64,000 nt of DNA from a virus. Lineage: Duplodnaviria; Caudoviricetes. A program made the position numbers and the translations under genes. Positions 38,335-47,900 of this stretch are shown piece after piece; the first letter of the stretch is position 1, and each line of letters begins with the position of its first letter. Where the stretch lies: the IMG/VR virus record IMGVR_UViG_3300049141_000098, positions 32,001 to 96,000 of that record. One strand, written 5' to 3'. Under the pieces are notes generated by a model, which saw nothing but the letters and a program-made list of their open reading frames with translations, was not told the DNA's origin and made no database searches.

Positions 38335-39245
38335 TGAAGAAGGGACAGGTCATCGGGGGCGCCACGGCAAACGGCACTAAGCGGCGCGGCATGCTGCCCC
38401 CCTCCGGTGAGGGGCCGATCGAAGTGACGCGCGAAGTGGTGGACAGCTCCACGGACGTGGAGCCGTCGGCGACCACGCTACCGGCACAGGCCTCGGCGCA
38501 GACTCCCTCGCCGACACTGGCCGACCTCGTACCAGCCACTGTACGAGACATACTGACGGCAGATCTGCCGGAGTCGGGCGAGCCCGCCGAGGTCATCGTC
38601 GCCTGCGAGAAGCGGCTCTACGCGGCGAACAGCTTGCTCGAAGCGATGCAGAAGAAGACCCTCGACACCTACTTCGAGTACGCGGGTCCGGCGGTCCGGC
38701 TAGCTTGGGCGACCGAGTCGTGGCGAGCCTGCAAGGATCCCGATACCGGCAAGGACTGCCGCTCCTGGTCGGCGTGGCTGCGCATCGTGAAGGTGTCCCG
38801 GCAGCATGCATACCGGATGACCAAAGAAGAGCCGATCCGCGAGGCGCTGTCCGGCCTTGACATCGGCAAGCTGGGAGTCCGGCAGATCGACGTCCTCTCG
38901 CCGGTCCTGACCAACTTCGGCCAGAAGGCGGTTCGTGAAGTCTGGGTGACCGCCATGGGCTGGGGAGACACCAGCGCCCCCTCTCTCCTCAAGGTCCGCA
39001 GACAGCAGGGATACGAACCGAACAAGCAGATCTCGGAGGGCGAGGAGGACGCGTCAGGACGGGGTTCGGATCTTCCTGTGCTGCGCTTCCAGGCAAAGCC
39101 GGGCACCTTCGATGCCCAGCGGGTGCGCGAGGTGGCCCGAGCCCAGCCGGACATCGCCCTACTGGTAGCCAAGGAGATCTTCGCCGAACTGGGAGTAGAG
39201 GTAGGCGACGAACCTGTATCGCGCGATACAACTCCAGCGAACTGA
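38334..39245 (+). CDS. Atypical ParB/centromere-binding partner of ParA
   Basis: Translationally coupled to parA; HTH-like WSAWL..VKVSRQHAYRM; no recognisable ParB CTPase GxxRxxA motif. Confidence 0.6.
   Translation: MKKGQVIGGATANGTKRRGMLPPSGEGPIEVTREVVDSSTDVEPSATTLPAQASAQTPSPTLADLVPATVRDILTADLPESGEPAEVIVACEKRLYAANSLLEAMQKKTLDTYFEYAGPAVRLAWATESWRACKDPDTGKDCRSWSAWLRIVKVSRQHAYRMTKEEPIREALSGLDIGKLGVRQIDVLSPVLTNFGQKAVREVWVTAMGWGDTSAPSLLKVRRQQGYEPNKQISEGEEDASGRGSDLPVLRFQAKPGTFDAQRVREVARAQPDIALLVAKEIFAELGVEVGDEPVSRDTTPAN
39215..39230. repeat. parS-like palindrome TGTATCGCGCGATACA, copy 1
   Basis: Perfect 16-bp palindrome inside the 3' end of the ParB-like gene. Confidence 0.75.
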
Positions 39246-39248
39246 ACC

Positions 39249-39264
39249 TGTATCGCGCGATACA
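39249..39264. repeat. parS-like palindrome, copy 2
   Basis: Perfect 16-bp palindrome; part of a 24-bp direct repeat with copy 1 (period 34 bp). Confidence 0.75.
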
Positions 39265-39269
39265 ACTTT

Positions 39270-39297
39270 GAGGGGCGGGTCAGATGACCCGCCCCTC
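39270..39297. terminator. Hairpin between convergent genes
   Basis: GAGGGGCGGGTCA-ga-TGACCCGCCCCTC. Confidence 0.7.
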
Positions 39298-39305
39298 TTC
39301 GTGTC

Positions 39306-39836
39306 TCAGTTCTGGCCCGACCTCATGCGAATGAGGCTGTCAACGACTTCCGCCCACGGGCCCTCCATGGATCGAGGTCCGTAGTACCCCCAGTGGCTGA
39401 TGGTCTGGCGAGTGCAGAGCACCTCGGGCCCGTTCCAGTACATCAAGGGGCGCCCGTCAGAAGCGACCGCCTCGATGCCGTGAGAGCGAAGCCAGGCGGC
39501 GACACTCTCCTGATCCAGACGAATCGACTGGGCCACCACGGAGAACCCTGCACTCAGCAGAGCGCGAACCCCTTCGATGGCACCAGGGACCGGAGGTCCA
39601 TACATGCGCCCTTCCTGCCACCCCTTCGTCCTCTGGTGCAGCCCGCCGCGCGTCTTGCTTCCATCCACCTTGACCAGGACAGTCTTCCGCGTCTGCTCCT
39701 CCGCAGGAAGTTGGCCCCACAGGCCCACGGCGGCGCTGTGCAGCTCTGCGGCGAGCTGGGCTACCTCCGCTTCATTCAGGCTGTCTTGTCGCTTCCGCGC
39801 GCCCTGTAGGGACGCGATCAGGCGGTCCAGGTTCAC
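39306..39836 (-). CDS. Hypothetical protein, possible degenerate HAD-like domain
   Basis: PVPGAIEGVRALLSAGFSVV...VAAWL..HGI resembles HAD nucleotidases, but the catalytic DxD is absent. Confidence 0.45.
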   Translation of the reverse strand: MNLDRLIASLQGARKRQDSLNEAEVAQLAAELHSAAVGLWGQLPAEEQTRKTVLVKVDGSKTRGGLHQRTKGWQEGRMYGPPVPGAIEGVRALLSAGFSVVAQSIRLDQESVAAWLRSHGIEAVASDGRPLMYWNGPEVLCTRQTISHWGYYGPRSMEGPWAEVVDSLIRMRSGQN

Positions 39837-39886
39837 ACTCCACCCCTTCTTCGTTGTCGGTGACCCACCGGTCTTGCGGCCGAAGT

Positions 39887-39902
39887 TGTATCGCGCGATA
39901 CG
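39887..39902. repeat. parS-like palindrome, copy 3 (1 mismatch)
   Basis: TGTATCGCGCGATACG in an intergenic gap. Confidence 0.7.
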
Positions 39903-39912
39903 ACTTGAGGGC

Positions 39913-41091
39913 CTACCAGTCCCAGTCACCCTCCCTCGCCTGCTGCGCTTCCCGCTCGCGGATCTCTTTGGCCTTCGTCGAGCCGAGGTTGGACAGCTTC
40001 ACATCGCGGTGACTGGACGGATCCCCCTGTTGCGGATCCACGGGAACGACCTGGGTCACCGGTTCCTCGCCTTCGCCGAGCTGGTCGAGTTTGGTCCAAT
40101 ACGGATCGACCCAGACGATTTCCCCACGCTTTCGCCCCGGCCCCACCCAGACCGTCTTCGTGTGGCCGACACGATGCTGCGGGCCGTACTCAACTCCAGA
40201 GGGGATCGAGACACCGTCACGGGTCCGGCCAACCGTCCGACTCTTCGCCGCGTGCAACTTGGGGCCGATATACCAGCCCACCCTGACGTAGTGCGGCTCC
40301 CGAGGCGGGGCCTGGCGTCGCTTGCCTCTATTCGGCGCAGGCGGCGGCTTCTCGATGTCGGCGTTCTTGCAGCACAGATAAGAAAGCAGGGTCAGTGCAC
40401 CGGGAAGGATCTGCTTGATGAGCTTCCGGCTGTCCTTCGTGCCGTCTGCCACGCCATGCCACTGATAGCTTCCCGCGATCATGTCATCCAACGTGAACGC
40501 TTCGTCCATCGATGGGAGCGGGAAGACCGGGGTGAGGATGTCGTGGTACGTCGGGGCATTCGGTTCCGTGTCAATCCAGGGGACGATGCATAGCCCTTCG
40601 GACCGTTCATCCGTCGTCGCACAGAACGCCCGGCCGACTCGGCCGGTGAGGAAGTATGCCCTGATCAACCCTTGAATCCCGGAAGAGAAGTTCACCGGCC
40701 ACGGGTGCGGCAGCGGAATCATGGGATTGATATGACGGATGCGGGAGAAGATACTGCCGGGCAGTTTTCCCTTCAGGTCCGAGCGGTAGAGGCTGTTCGC
40801 CATCTCCGGGTGCACGTCGTAGGCCACACGGCCTTCACGGCGCCACAAGTCAACGACGGCATGGCTGGCCGCACGGTCGAGCATCGTGGATACAGCCTCG
40901 AATCCAACGGCGTGCTCCAGGTTCATGTCCCAGACCGGATCGATCCCCCTTCTCATCCGGATGGCATTCTCCATGCCGCCAGGAGCCTTGTTCAGGTCCG
41001 CCCCGATCTGGTTGGTCAGATCCAGAATCCGCTCGACCGCCTGGTTCGCTTCACTGGCTCGACGGATCCGCGTAGATGGCTTCTTCCCCAT
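39913..41091 (-). CDS. Hypothetical protein
   Basis: About 390-aa ORF, start MGKKPST after RBS GGGGAGG. Confidence 0.7.
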   Translation of the reverse strand: MGKKPSTRIRRASEANQAVERILDLTNQIGADLNKAPGGMENAIRMRRGIDPVWDMNLEHAVGFEAVSTMLDRAASHAVVDLWRREGRVAYDVHPEMANSLYRSDLKGKLPGSIFSRIRHINPMIPLPHPWPVNFSSGIQGLIRAYFLTGRVGRAFCATTDERSEGLCIVPWIDTEPNAPTYHDILTPVFPLPSMDEAFTLDDMIAGSYQWHGVADGTKDSRKLIKQILPGALTLLSYLCCKNADIEKPPPAPNRGKRRQAPPREPHYVRVGWYIGPKLHAAKSRTVGRTRDGVSIPSGVEYGPQHRVGHTKTVWVGPGRKRGEIVWVDPYWTKLDQLGEGEEPVTQVVPVDPQQGDPSSHRDVKLSNLGSTKAKEIREREAQQAREGDWDW

Positions 41092-41121
41092 GTCGCCTCC
41101 CCCTTTCCTGGCCTCATCCTC

Positions 41122-41151
41122 TCGAAGTTGTATCGCGCGATACAACTTCGA
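41122..41151. repeat. parS-like palindrome, copy 4, extended to a perfect 30-bp palindrome
   Basis: TCGAAGTTGTATCGCGCGATACAACTTCGA, followed by hairpin 41151-41174. Confidence 0.8.
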
Positions 41152-41191
41152 AGGGCGGCCCGAAGGCCGCCCTTGCGCCATCGTCTTTCGA

Positions 41192-41536
41192 TCAGAGGAC
41201 CCGGCTGTACGCCACCCCGTCGCCATCGACTCCGAAGGTGACGCCGTCGGGCTCCGAGCAGTCTCCCTCGCAGGCCGTGCCACAGCGCCAGCAGTCCGCA
41301 GTCGCCTCGGCGCATGCACGCACGATCAGGAAGTGAGGCACGTTCGGACCGAAGGCGACGGTGTATCCCGGATTCCCCGGACCGCCAGCGACAGTGAGGA
41401 GGCTAGCTCCGTTCGCCCCGATGACTTCCCACTTGGCGTCACGTCGCTTGAAGACCTGAGGGGACGATGTGTCCTCGAACCACCCGTGGGACTCGGTCAG
41501 ATCCTCCGCTACGTTCTCGCGCATGTTCCAGTTCAC
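41192..41536 (-). CDS. Hypothetical protein
   Basis: 114-aa ORF with overlap coupling. Confidence 0.55.
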   Translation of the reverse strand: MNWNMRENVAEDLTESHGWFEDTSSPQVFKRRDAKWEVIGANGASLLTVAGGPGNPGYTVAFGPNVPHFLIVRACAEATADCWRCGTACEGDCSEPDGVTFGVDGDGVAYSRVL

Positions 41537-41745
41537 CCATCCTCCTTCGCGGCGAGACGGCGGTCCAGAAGGTCGTTGATGCCCTCGTGGTAATCCGATT
41601 CGGCTTCCACGTCCCGAACGAGAGCAGCCTCTCGGGCCAGCGCCACGTTCGCGATGAGCGCCCGATCGACGCTGTCTCCCCGCTCTCCTCGGGGGCCGTT
41701 CACGATCTCATAAACCGACGGGCTGGGATTCCTGTCGAGACTCAC
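41533..41745 (-). CDS. Hypothetical protein
   Basis: 70-aa ORF with 4-bp overlaps on both sides. Confidence 0.55.
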   Translation of the reverse strand: MSLDRNPSPSVYEIVNGPRGERGDSVDRALIANVALAREAALVRDVEAESDYHEGINDLLDRRLAAKEDG

Positions 41746-42392
41746 CAGGCCTCACCATCCACCATCTGCTGGAGGTCGCCCAGGAGGTCTGGGTTGACGA
41801 TCTCCAGGATCTGGGCGACCTCGAAGGGCTCGACAGCTTTCCAGAGGATTTCGCGCGCCTTGCCGTAGCGGGCGAGGCGCCCCGCGTTTCCGTCGGGGAG
41901 CTTGGCCGCGCGGTCGACTCGGCTGTTGTGGGCGTTGTCGGCGATCTTCAGCAGCGTCGCCTCGCGATCCTGTGAGATCTTGCAGATGCGGTCCATGTAG
42001 TTCTCGCCGGGCACCTTGGAGACCAGCTCGACGATCCGCACCACCCGGCTCTCGATACCAGCCCCCCGCAGACCTTCGGCGGTCCACTCGGTGTCCTCGA
42101 TCACGTCGTGCAGCAGGCCCGCCATCTGGAGCCGGGTGCTGAACGGCTCCAGACCGGCAGCCACCGCGCGCACGTGCTCGATGTAGGGCACCCCACCCTT
42201 GTCCATTTGCCCCTCGTGCGCCTTCTCGGCGAACTGGTCGACCTCGATGAGCGAGGCCATCTTCTGTGCCACGGTCTCGATGTCGAAGCCGAAGTTGACG
42301 TCGGGGCAAGCGTCATAAATCTCTTCGCGGACCTGCTCCTCGTTGATTCCGTCAGCGGCCTCGACTCGCATCAGAACTTCGTAGACCTTCAC
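41742..42392 (-). CDS. HD-domain phosphohydrolase (RelA/SpoT hydrolase, SAH/Mesh1-like)
   Basis: FAEKAHEGQ.DK.G.PYIEH, GLLHDVIEDT, KIADNAHN. Confidence 0.88.
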   Translation of the reverse strand: MKVYEVLMRVEAADGINEEQVREEIYDACPDVNFGFDIETVAQKMASLIEVDQFAEKAHEGQMDKGGVPYIEHVRAVAAGLEPFSTRLQMAGLLHDVIEDTEWTAEGLRGAGIESRVVRIVELVSKVPGENYMDRICKISQDREATLLKIADNAHNSRVDRAAKLPDGNAGRLARYGKAREILWKAVEPFEVAQILEIVNPDLLGDLQQMVDGEAW

Positions 42393-42814
42393 GCTTCTCT
42401 TTCCCTTTCCGTTTCACACACGTGCTCTTCCGTGACCCTGTTCAGCTCAGCGAAGTCGACATCCTCAGGCGACCTGAGCAGAGTGGTATCGCACCGTTGG
42501 CAGACGAGGGCGATACGCTTCGCGTAAAGCCAGAACTGAGGCACCTCGTTCACGTCGTCGTTTCCGACCACTCCCTTGCGCGACAAGGGGTCCGCAACGA
42601 CTGGAGGTGCGTTCTCCTTCAGCTCCAGAAGCCCCTCAGTCGCCAAGATGGCCCACGCTCTATCGATATTGATGCGGGTCATCCCGTAAACCTGCGCAAT
42701 GTACCGGGCTGGTTCGAGGTGAATTCCGGGCTCAAGCTCACCAGACAGGATCTTCTCCCGGTATACATTCGCCAGGGCTTCCCACTTCGGAACTTGGGGG
42801 TTCAAGTTGGACAC
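42389..42814 (-). CDS. GntR-type wHTH protein
   Basis: PKWEALANVYREKILSGELEPG.....IAQVYG.TR..I.RA..IL..EGLL. Confidence 0.7.
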   Translation of the reverse strand: MSNLNPQVPKWEALANVYREKILSGELEPGIHLEPARYIAQVYGMTRINIDRAWAILATEGLLELKENAPPVVADPLSRKGVVGNDDVNEVPQFWLYAKRIALVCQRCDTTLLRSPEDVDFAELNRVTEEHVCETEREREA

Positions 42815-42831
42815 GTTTTCTTCCCCTTCCG

Positions 42832-43170
42832 TCAGGGCCGAGACATCGGTACGTTCAGAGCCAGCTCGGCGCAGTACCAGGCGAACTTGGTGGAGTAGTC
42901 CGAGTGACCGGCCGCCTGCCGGTCCGCCTGCTCCACCAGGATCAGCGGAATCGGACTGTGTTCGGACTTCGCTCGGAAGTCGTTGATCTCTTGGTGCATG
43001 ACGCCCCGCTCGTAGGCGGCCCACGCCATCTCGGGGGCGCCATCCGGCCCCGTGGTCAGCTCGTCGCGCTGCGGGCGCTGCTTCTGCGCTTCCGCGAGGA
43101 CCCCCTTGAATCGGGCAGCCAGCAGGCTCAGGTTGTTCACGTCTCCTCTTTCCGTTCGAACAGATGTCAA
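42832..43170 (-). CDS. Hypothetical protein
   Basis: 112-aa ORF with overlap coupling. Confidence 0.6.
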   Translation of the reverse strand: MTSVRTERGDVNNLSLLAARFKGVLAEAQKQRPQRDELTTGPDGAPEMAWAAYERGVMHQEINDFRAKSEHSPIPLILVEQADRQAAGHSDYSTKFAWYCAELALNVPMSRP

Positions 43171-43574
43171 CTCTTCAGCTTCCTCACCGCTTCAGCGATG
43201 TCCCCATCCAAGGTGTAGGCATGTCGTCGGTAACCCGACATGGAACCGAACGGAAACCAGTACTTCCTAGGCAAGTGCCTTTTGGCCGCCGCGCCGACGC
43301 TGTTGGTGATACCGGACAGAGTGTGCGAAGCGCCTGGTGGGATTTCCAAAGCTTCCATGACCTGATCCTTGGTCATGGTGTACTGGTCGGCATGAGACAA
43401 AAGGACCACCATCTGGTCACCCGGCTTCTTCATGGCTGCCAGCCAATGAGTCAGATGTTTGCGCATAAGGGCTCCATCTCCTGGCTCGCCTGAAGCTCCA
43501 TAAATGGCGCGGAGCTGCTGGAGGACGTCTTCGTAGCGGTCAACCGCTGTGTCGAATTCAATGCTGTGCCTCAT
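43167..43574 (-). CDS. Hypothetical protein
   Basis: 135-aa ORF coupled to the helicase. Confidence 0.55.
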   Translation of the reverse strand: MRHSIEFDTAVDRYEDVLQQLRAIYGASGEPGDGALMRKHLTHWLAAMKKPGDQMVVLLSHADQYTMTKDQVMEALEIPPGASHTLSGITNSVGAAAKRHLPRKYWFPFGSMSGYRRHAYTLDGDIAEAVRKLKS

Positions 43575-45307
43575 GCCGCCTCTTCATCCTTTTTCACGTC
43601 GTCCATGTAGATCGAGCCCATGCGGGCTCGCTTCTTCAGGTTGTTCAGGTACACCTTGTCGTCGATGGTGCCCTCGGTGACGAGGCGCCATCGCTGGACT
43701 GGGGACGTCTGACCAGGCCGATGTAGGCGCCCTTCAGCCTGTTGGTTCATGACCTCGTCCTCCGTGCATGACGCGATCACTTCGCAGCGGCACGCGTGCT
43801 TGAGCCAGTCCACTCCGGTCGAGAGCGACTGGAGCTGAGCTATGAGGACGCGCCACTGCGTGCCGAACCCGCCCTCGATCTTCCGACGCTTGGCGTCCGT
43901 GGTGCTCGACGTCCAGGACACTGCCTTGGATCCCAGCTTCTTCTCTGCCATCCGGGCCCACTTCGCCGAGTGGGTCCACACGAGGAGAGGCTCGCCCTCC
44001 GGCAGGTCCGCGAGGATATCCTTGATGGCCTCCAGCTTGGGCTGCTCAGCCGCCTCCTCGTAGGAGATGTCCGGGTCTTCGAGGGTGATGTCCTCAGACT
44101 CGATCCCCTGCTTCAGCTTTTCCTGCTTCTTCAGCATCCGGAGGAACTGAGACTCCAGTAGATGTCGCTCCCCCCGGGCCAGCTTGCTGTTGTGGACGCG
44201 AACGAAGTCTCCCCAGGCAGAACTCTCGCGGGGCCGACTGTCCTGATACTCCTTCCACGCCTCCAGAATCCCCCTTTCGGCCCGCGAGAGCCTGTAAGAG
44301 ACGCGCTTGACGTCTTCCTCGGCCTTGAGGGTCCCCAGGGCCGCCTGACGAAGCCTGATGCGCTGCTCGATCGGAAGAGGAGTGGCCACTGGCTGATCAC
44401 TCAGCCACGCCAGACACTGCTCCTCGAAGTCCAGGTACTGCTCTTCCTGCCCCGGCGCCATCGGCACCGTCACGATCCGCTCAACAACCGGCGGAAGCTG
44501 GTCGTACACCTCCTCGGTCCGGAAGCGGACGACCGCAGGGATGTCGCTCCATACGCTGCCAGGCCGTCGCTCTGCCCCGATCTTGCGCACAGGAGCCGGA
44601 GCCCCGCGCACCACTTCTTCCTTGACGTGGAAGTGCTCGTAGATCCAGTCCCACCGATTGGCATACTTGTCGGGCCACAGGGTGTTCAGGACAGCCCACA
44701 ACCCTTCGGGGCTATTGCCGCCGGGTGTAGCTGACAGTCCGAGCTTCTGAGCCGCCTTGATGAGCTTCAAGACGTGATACGGGACACCCTGGTGGTTGCA
44801 GGCGCGGTGCACCTCGTCGAGTATCGCCACATCCCAGGTGCCGGTCCTAGTCCACGGAGGCACATAGCCCTTGGATATCGCTGCCCGCACGGCCGCCATG
44901 GTGACCTTTGGCTTGCTGCGATTGGCGTTCCTGCCTCGGGATCCCCCGCGCCGGACCTCGTCCGGCACAGCGCCGTGCATGGCCTCCCAGCCGATGATGT
45001 AGACCCCTGGGCGCTTCTTGGTCATGAGCGCCCACGTCTCGGGGTCCTTGAGGGGCGTGCCGACTACGTGGACCAGCTTCTTCGTCTGGAGGGAGGGGTA
45101 CTGCTCGATGAAAGTGGTCTCCCACTGCCGGAGTGTGGTGATCGGGGCGACAACAAGAATGCGGGGCGCTCCGCCGAGCACCGGCTTCACGGACCGGCAT
45201 GCCGCAACGCTGATGAGCGTCTTGCCAGCCCCGAGGCCAGAGGCGTTGAGCCCGCCTTCGGCCAGGATCTCGACGGCCTCTTCCTGGTAGGGCCGGAGCA
45301 CCTTCAT
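43571..45307 (-). CDS. SF2 SNF2-like helicase
   Basis: LRPYQEE, GLGAGKT, ILDEVH, GLSATP.GN, TGVD, QAEGRLHRPGQ. Confidence 0.9.
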   Translation of the reverse strand: MKVLRPYQEEAVEILAEGGLNASGLGAGKTLISVAACRSVKPVLGGAPRILVVAPITTLRQWETTFIEQYPSLQTKKLVHVVGTPLKDPETWALMTKKRPGVYIIGWEAMHGAVPDEVRRGGSRGRNANRSKPKVTMAAVRAAISKGYVPPWTRTGTWDVAILDEVHRACNHQGVPYHVLKLIKAAQKLGLSATPGGNSPEGLWAVLNTLWPDKYANRWDWIYEHFHVKEEVVRGAPAPVRKIGAERRPGSVWSDIPAVVRFRTEEVYDQLPPVVERIVTVPMAPGQEEQYLDFEEQCLAWLSDQPVATPLPIEQRIRLRQAALGTLKAEEDVKRVSYRLSRAERGILEAWKEYQDSRPRESSAWGDFVRVHNSKLARGERHLLESQFLRMLKKQEKLKQGIESEDITLEDPDISYEEAAEQPKLEAIKDILADLPEGEPLLVWTHSAKWARMAEKKLGSKAVSWTSSTTDAKRRKIEGGFGTQWRVLIAQLQSLSTGVDWLKHACRCEVIASCTEDEVMNQQAEGRLHRPGQTSPVQRWRLVTEGTIDDKVYLNNLKKRARMGSIYMDDVKKDEEAA

Positions 45308-45493
45308 GTTGCCTTCTCCTCGAACGATGAGACGCGGTAGCCGGTGGTCAGTCGCCGATCTGAATCGGCTCGTACGCCGGACTGCTGTTCGTCATGGCCT
45401 TCACGTATTGATCCAGGTTGGTGAGGGCACTCTTCCTCTCCCCCAGACGGTCAGAGGAGACCTCTTCCGCCACGCGAGTCACCCACCTCTGAG

Positions 45494-45631
45494 TCACCCA
45501 GCCGTACCGGACGCCCCCTCGGCGTCGGGGATTTCAAAGGTCCAGCCGATCAGGCTGCTCCCCACCCAGCGGACCGCACGGAACTCGCGGGCTGTGGGGT
45601 GCTTCTCGAAGACCGCGTCCTCGTGTGTCAC
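45494..45631 (-). CDS. Small hypothetical protein
   Basis: GTG start after GGGAAGGGAAG. Confidence 0.4.
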   Translation of the reverse strand: MTHEDAVFEKHPTAREFRAVRWVGSSLIGWTFEIPDAEGASGTAG

Positions 45632-45766
45632 GCTTCTTCCCTTCCCGTTTCGATTTCCCGTCCAGTCGCCCGATGCTGGGCGACCGTTCCCATGGCCTCT
45701 TGCAACCAGTCCGGCCCCCAGATCTCGGCGGGCCAAGGCGGGTGGCTAGCCATGCCCGATCTCTGC

Positions 45767-45943
45767 TCAGTCACCGGTGATCACCGTGGTCCCCAGCTCG
45801 TCCAGCTTTCCCTCAAGGAACTGGATGGCCCCCTGCGTTTTGAGGGCGTCGTCCATGGACCGAGGCGTCTCCGCCTTCGCGTCAGACAGGAGGTCGCGCA
45901 GGACAGCCATGCGCGTGCTGCGGTCTATGTGCTCACCCGTCAT
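45767..45943 (-). CDS. Small hypothetical protein
   Basis: MTGEHIDRS..., 4-bp overlap with the upstream gene. Confidence 0.5.
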   Translation of the reverse strand: MTGEHIDRSTRMAVLRDLLSDAKAETPRSMDDALKTQGAIQFLEGKLDELGTTVITGD

Positions 45944-46272
45944 GCCTTCTTCTTCTTTCGCGGCTTGGGCCCCATGGATACCATCCGATTGGTTGACCCG
46001 AGGATGAATGGCGTCCACTGCCAGTCGCAGGCCGGGCAGGAGATGGTGTCACCACTTTGAACTCCCTGCCGCACTCGCCCGCAACAAGGCGTCCACATGC
46101 GGAACTTCTTCAGGCTGGAGCCCCAGGGACGAAAACAGAAGGCGCCGCAGTCGATAACAATGCCGACTTTCCTGCATTCGTCGGGGTGGTTGCCTGCGTA
46201 CACGCAGTCCATGTCGGGCGGCAAATCATCTGCCGTCGGCTTGTCCAGCAGGCATTCAAGGTTGTCAACCAC
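45940..46272 (-). CDS. Cys-rich zinc-ribbon protein
   Basis: PCCG...CPACDW motif. Confidence 0.5.
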   Translation of the reverse strand: MVDNLECLLDKPTADDLPPDMDCVYAGNHPDECRKVGIVIDCGAFCFRPWGSSLKKFRMWTPCCGRVRQGVQSGDTISCPACDWQWTPFILGSTNRMVSMGPKPRKKKKA

Positions 46273-46328
46273 TGTTTGACCTCTGCCTTCAGTGCCTGCC
46301 CACGTGAGGTGGGCAGGCGGATTGCTTC

Positions 46329-46529
46329 CTATCCGGCTGCGCTGACGACTTGCCTGACCATATCGAGCACCCCCTGTCCGAAGGCCGTGGGTGCTACGAG
46401 CAGGCCGAGGATCAGCACGATGGCGACGGTCAGCAGTTCGTCGTTCCGGCTGCGGGCCTCGGTCCGTCGTCGTAATCGGACGACGACGACAACTGCGAGT
46501 AGAACCGCGAGATCGATCTGAAGATTCAC
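46329..46529 (-). CDS. Small two-TM membrane protein (plasmid transfer-like)
   Basis: Two hydrophobic helices separated by RLRRR; LVAPTAFGQ motif. Confidence 0.6.
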   Translation of the reverse strand: MNLQIDLAVLLAVVVVVRLRRRTEARSRNDELLTVAIVLILGLLVAPTAFGQGVLDMVRQVVSAAG

Positions 46530-46815
46530 GCTACTTCCCCCCTATCTCGAACGTCGGGCTATCGAAGCCCGACGAGCTTCACCCTGCTGGGGGAAAGGTA
46601 GTGCGCAGGGTGATCGAATCCCAGATCGCATCCGAGGCAGGAGCGCAGTCCGATGAACCAGTGTGGCGACGGGAGTGGTGAGGTTGAAGCGGCAGTCTTG
46701 AGACTCTCACTGTGGGCCTTCTCCGGTTCGCCGCACAGCTCGAAATCCGTCTCCGTGTACCGACTCGGCACCCCGTAGATGCAGGACGTGAGGCCTCGGA
46801 AGGCGTGATCCCGGA

Positions 46816-47295
46816 TCACCGGTGCTTCACCTCACGGATGTCGAGAGCTCCGCCGTTGCGGAGCAGAGAAGCGTGCAGGTGCTGCGAGCAGATCTCAGTC
46901 ACTCTGGCTTCGCCGTCGTACTGGTACGCCATGACCCACTCAGCCCGCTCGTCGCAGGTCAAGCTGTTCTTGCAGTCGGCGTTGAGTGGGCGGCAGGTCA
47001 GGGCGGGTGCCCCTTCTGCGACTTCTCTCCAGTCCGGGACGACCCGGTAGACGGGATAGACCTCGATGGCCTTCATCTCATCCTGGCCGCACCAGGGGTC
47101 ATGGAGGCCCAGACCGAGATCCGACTGCTCGAAGACGAGGCTCCAGAACCGACCCTCGTCCTTGATGACGACCTGATGCAGGGAGAAGTCTTCCCCGTGT
47201 CGCACCTCTTCGCTGTGCACCACGACCCGACTCAGGTAGGGAGTTGTGACGTGGTGGCCCTCCAGCCATTCGCGAGAGAAGAGCCGCTCGCTCAT
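46816..47295 (-). CDS. Hypothetical protein
   Basis: MSERLFSREWL..., C-terminal C...C...C motif. Confidence 0.6.
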   Translation of the reverse strand: MSERLFSREWLEGHHVTTPYLSRVVVHSEEVRHGEDFSLHQVVIKDEGRFWSLVFEQSDLGLGLHDPWCGQDEMKAIEVYPVYRVVPDWREVAEGAPALTCRPLNADCKNSLTCDERAEWVMAYQYDGEARVTEICSQHLHASLLRNGGALDIREVKHR

Positions 47296-47513
47296 CGCGA
47301 CACCTCCCGCAGGGTGCTGGCCAGCCAGTTGATCCCCCAACGCAGCATCGGGATCCGCATGGAGAGGTCTCCGAGGATGAGCAAGGACCCCATGGCCAGG
47401 AGACCGATGGCGAGGGAGTCGACGGTGGCGCCGACGACTCCGCAGATGGTTGCGATGGCCAGGATGCCGACATCATGGGCGACGAGGCGCTGGTCAAGAC
47501 GGGTGTCTTTCAC
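47292..47513 (-). CDS. Small membrane protein
   Basis: Two hydrophobic helices. Confidence 0.55.
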   Translation of the reverse strand: MKDTRLDQRLVAHDVGILAIATICGVVGATVDSLAIGLLAMGSLLILGDLSMRIPMLRWGINWLASTLREVSR

Positions 47514-47537
47514 GTTTCTTCTCCCCTTTCCGCTCCG

Positions 47538-47882
47538 TCAGAGGACGGAGAAGAGCCCGTCCTCGGGCTCCTTTTCCCTTTCGGGCTGTTCCATGGCGAA
47601 CATGGCCATTTGATCCTGGTGGCCGCCCGGTTGCTCTCCACCTCGGTCGATCAGCTCCCAGTGAGATGCCGGATCGCTGAGGCCAAGACGGGCGGCCAGC
47701 CATGCCCGCAGCCCGGGTACCTGCTCCAGGGTCCACAGCGGCCGGTTGCCCTTGGGTCCCAGTACGCCAACGGGGAGAGGGAAGTGCGCGGTGGGGCTGT
47801 TAGACCAGCCGACCACTTCGTTCCACTTCACACCGAGGAACCGCGCCACGTCACTTGCGTCTAGGTATCGAACGACCCGCAT
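47538..47882 (-). CDS. Excisionase/MerR-like HTH protein
   Basis: YLDASDVARFLGV...V..W....FP.P...LWT.EQV. Confidence 0.65.
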   Translation of the reverse strand: MRVVRYLDASDVARFLGVKWNEVVGWSNSPTAHFPLPVGVLGPKGNRPLWTLEQVPGLRAWLAARLGLSDPASHWELIDRGGEQPGGHQDQMAMFAMEQPEREKEPEDGLFSVL

Positions 47883-47900
47883 GGCATTCCCTCCCTGTAC

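Noticed and set aside
38669-41315. Several ORFs beginning MYRAIQ
   Set aside because: Artefacts of the repeated palindrome TGTATCGCGCGATACA being read as GTG/TTG starts; no RBS or coding signal.
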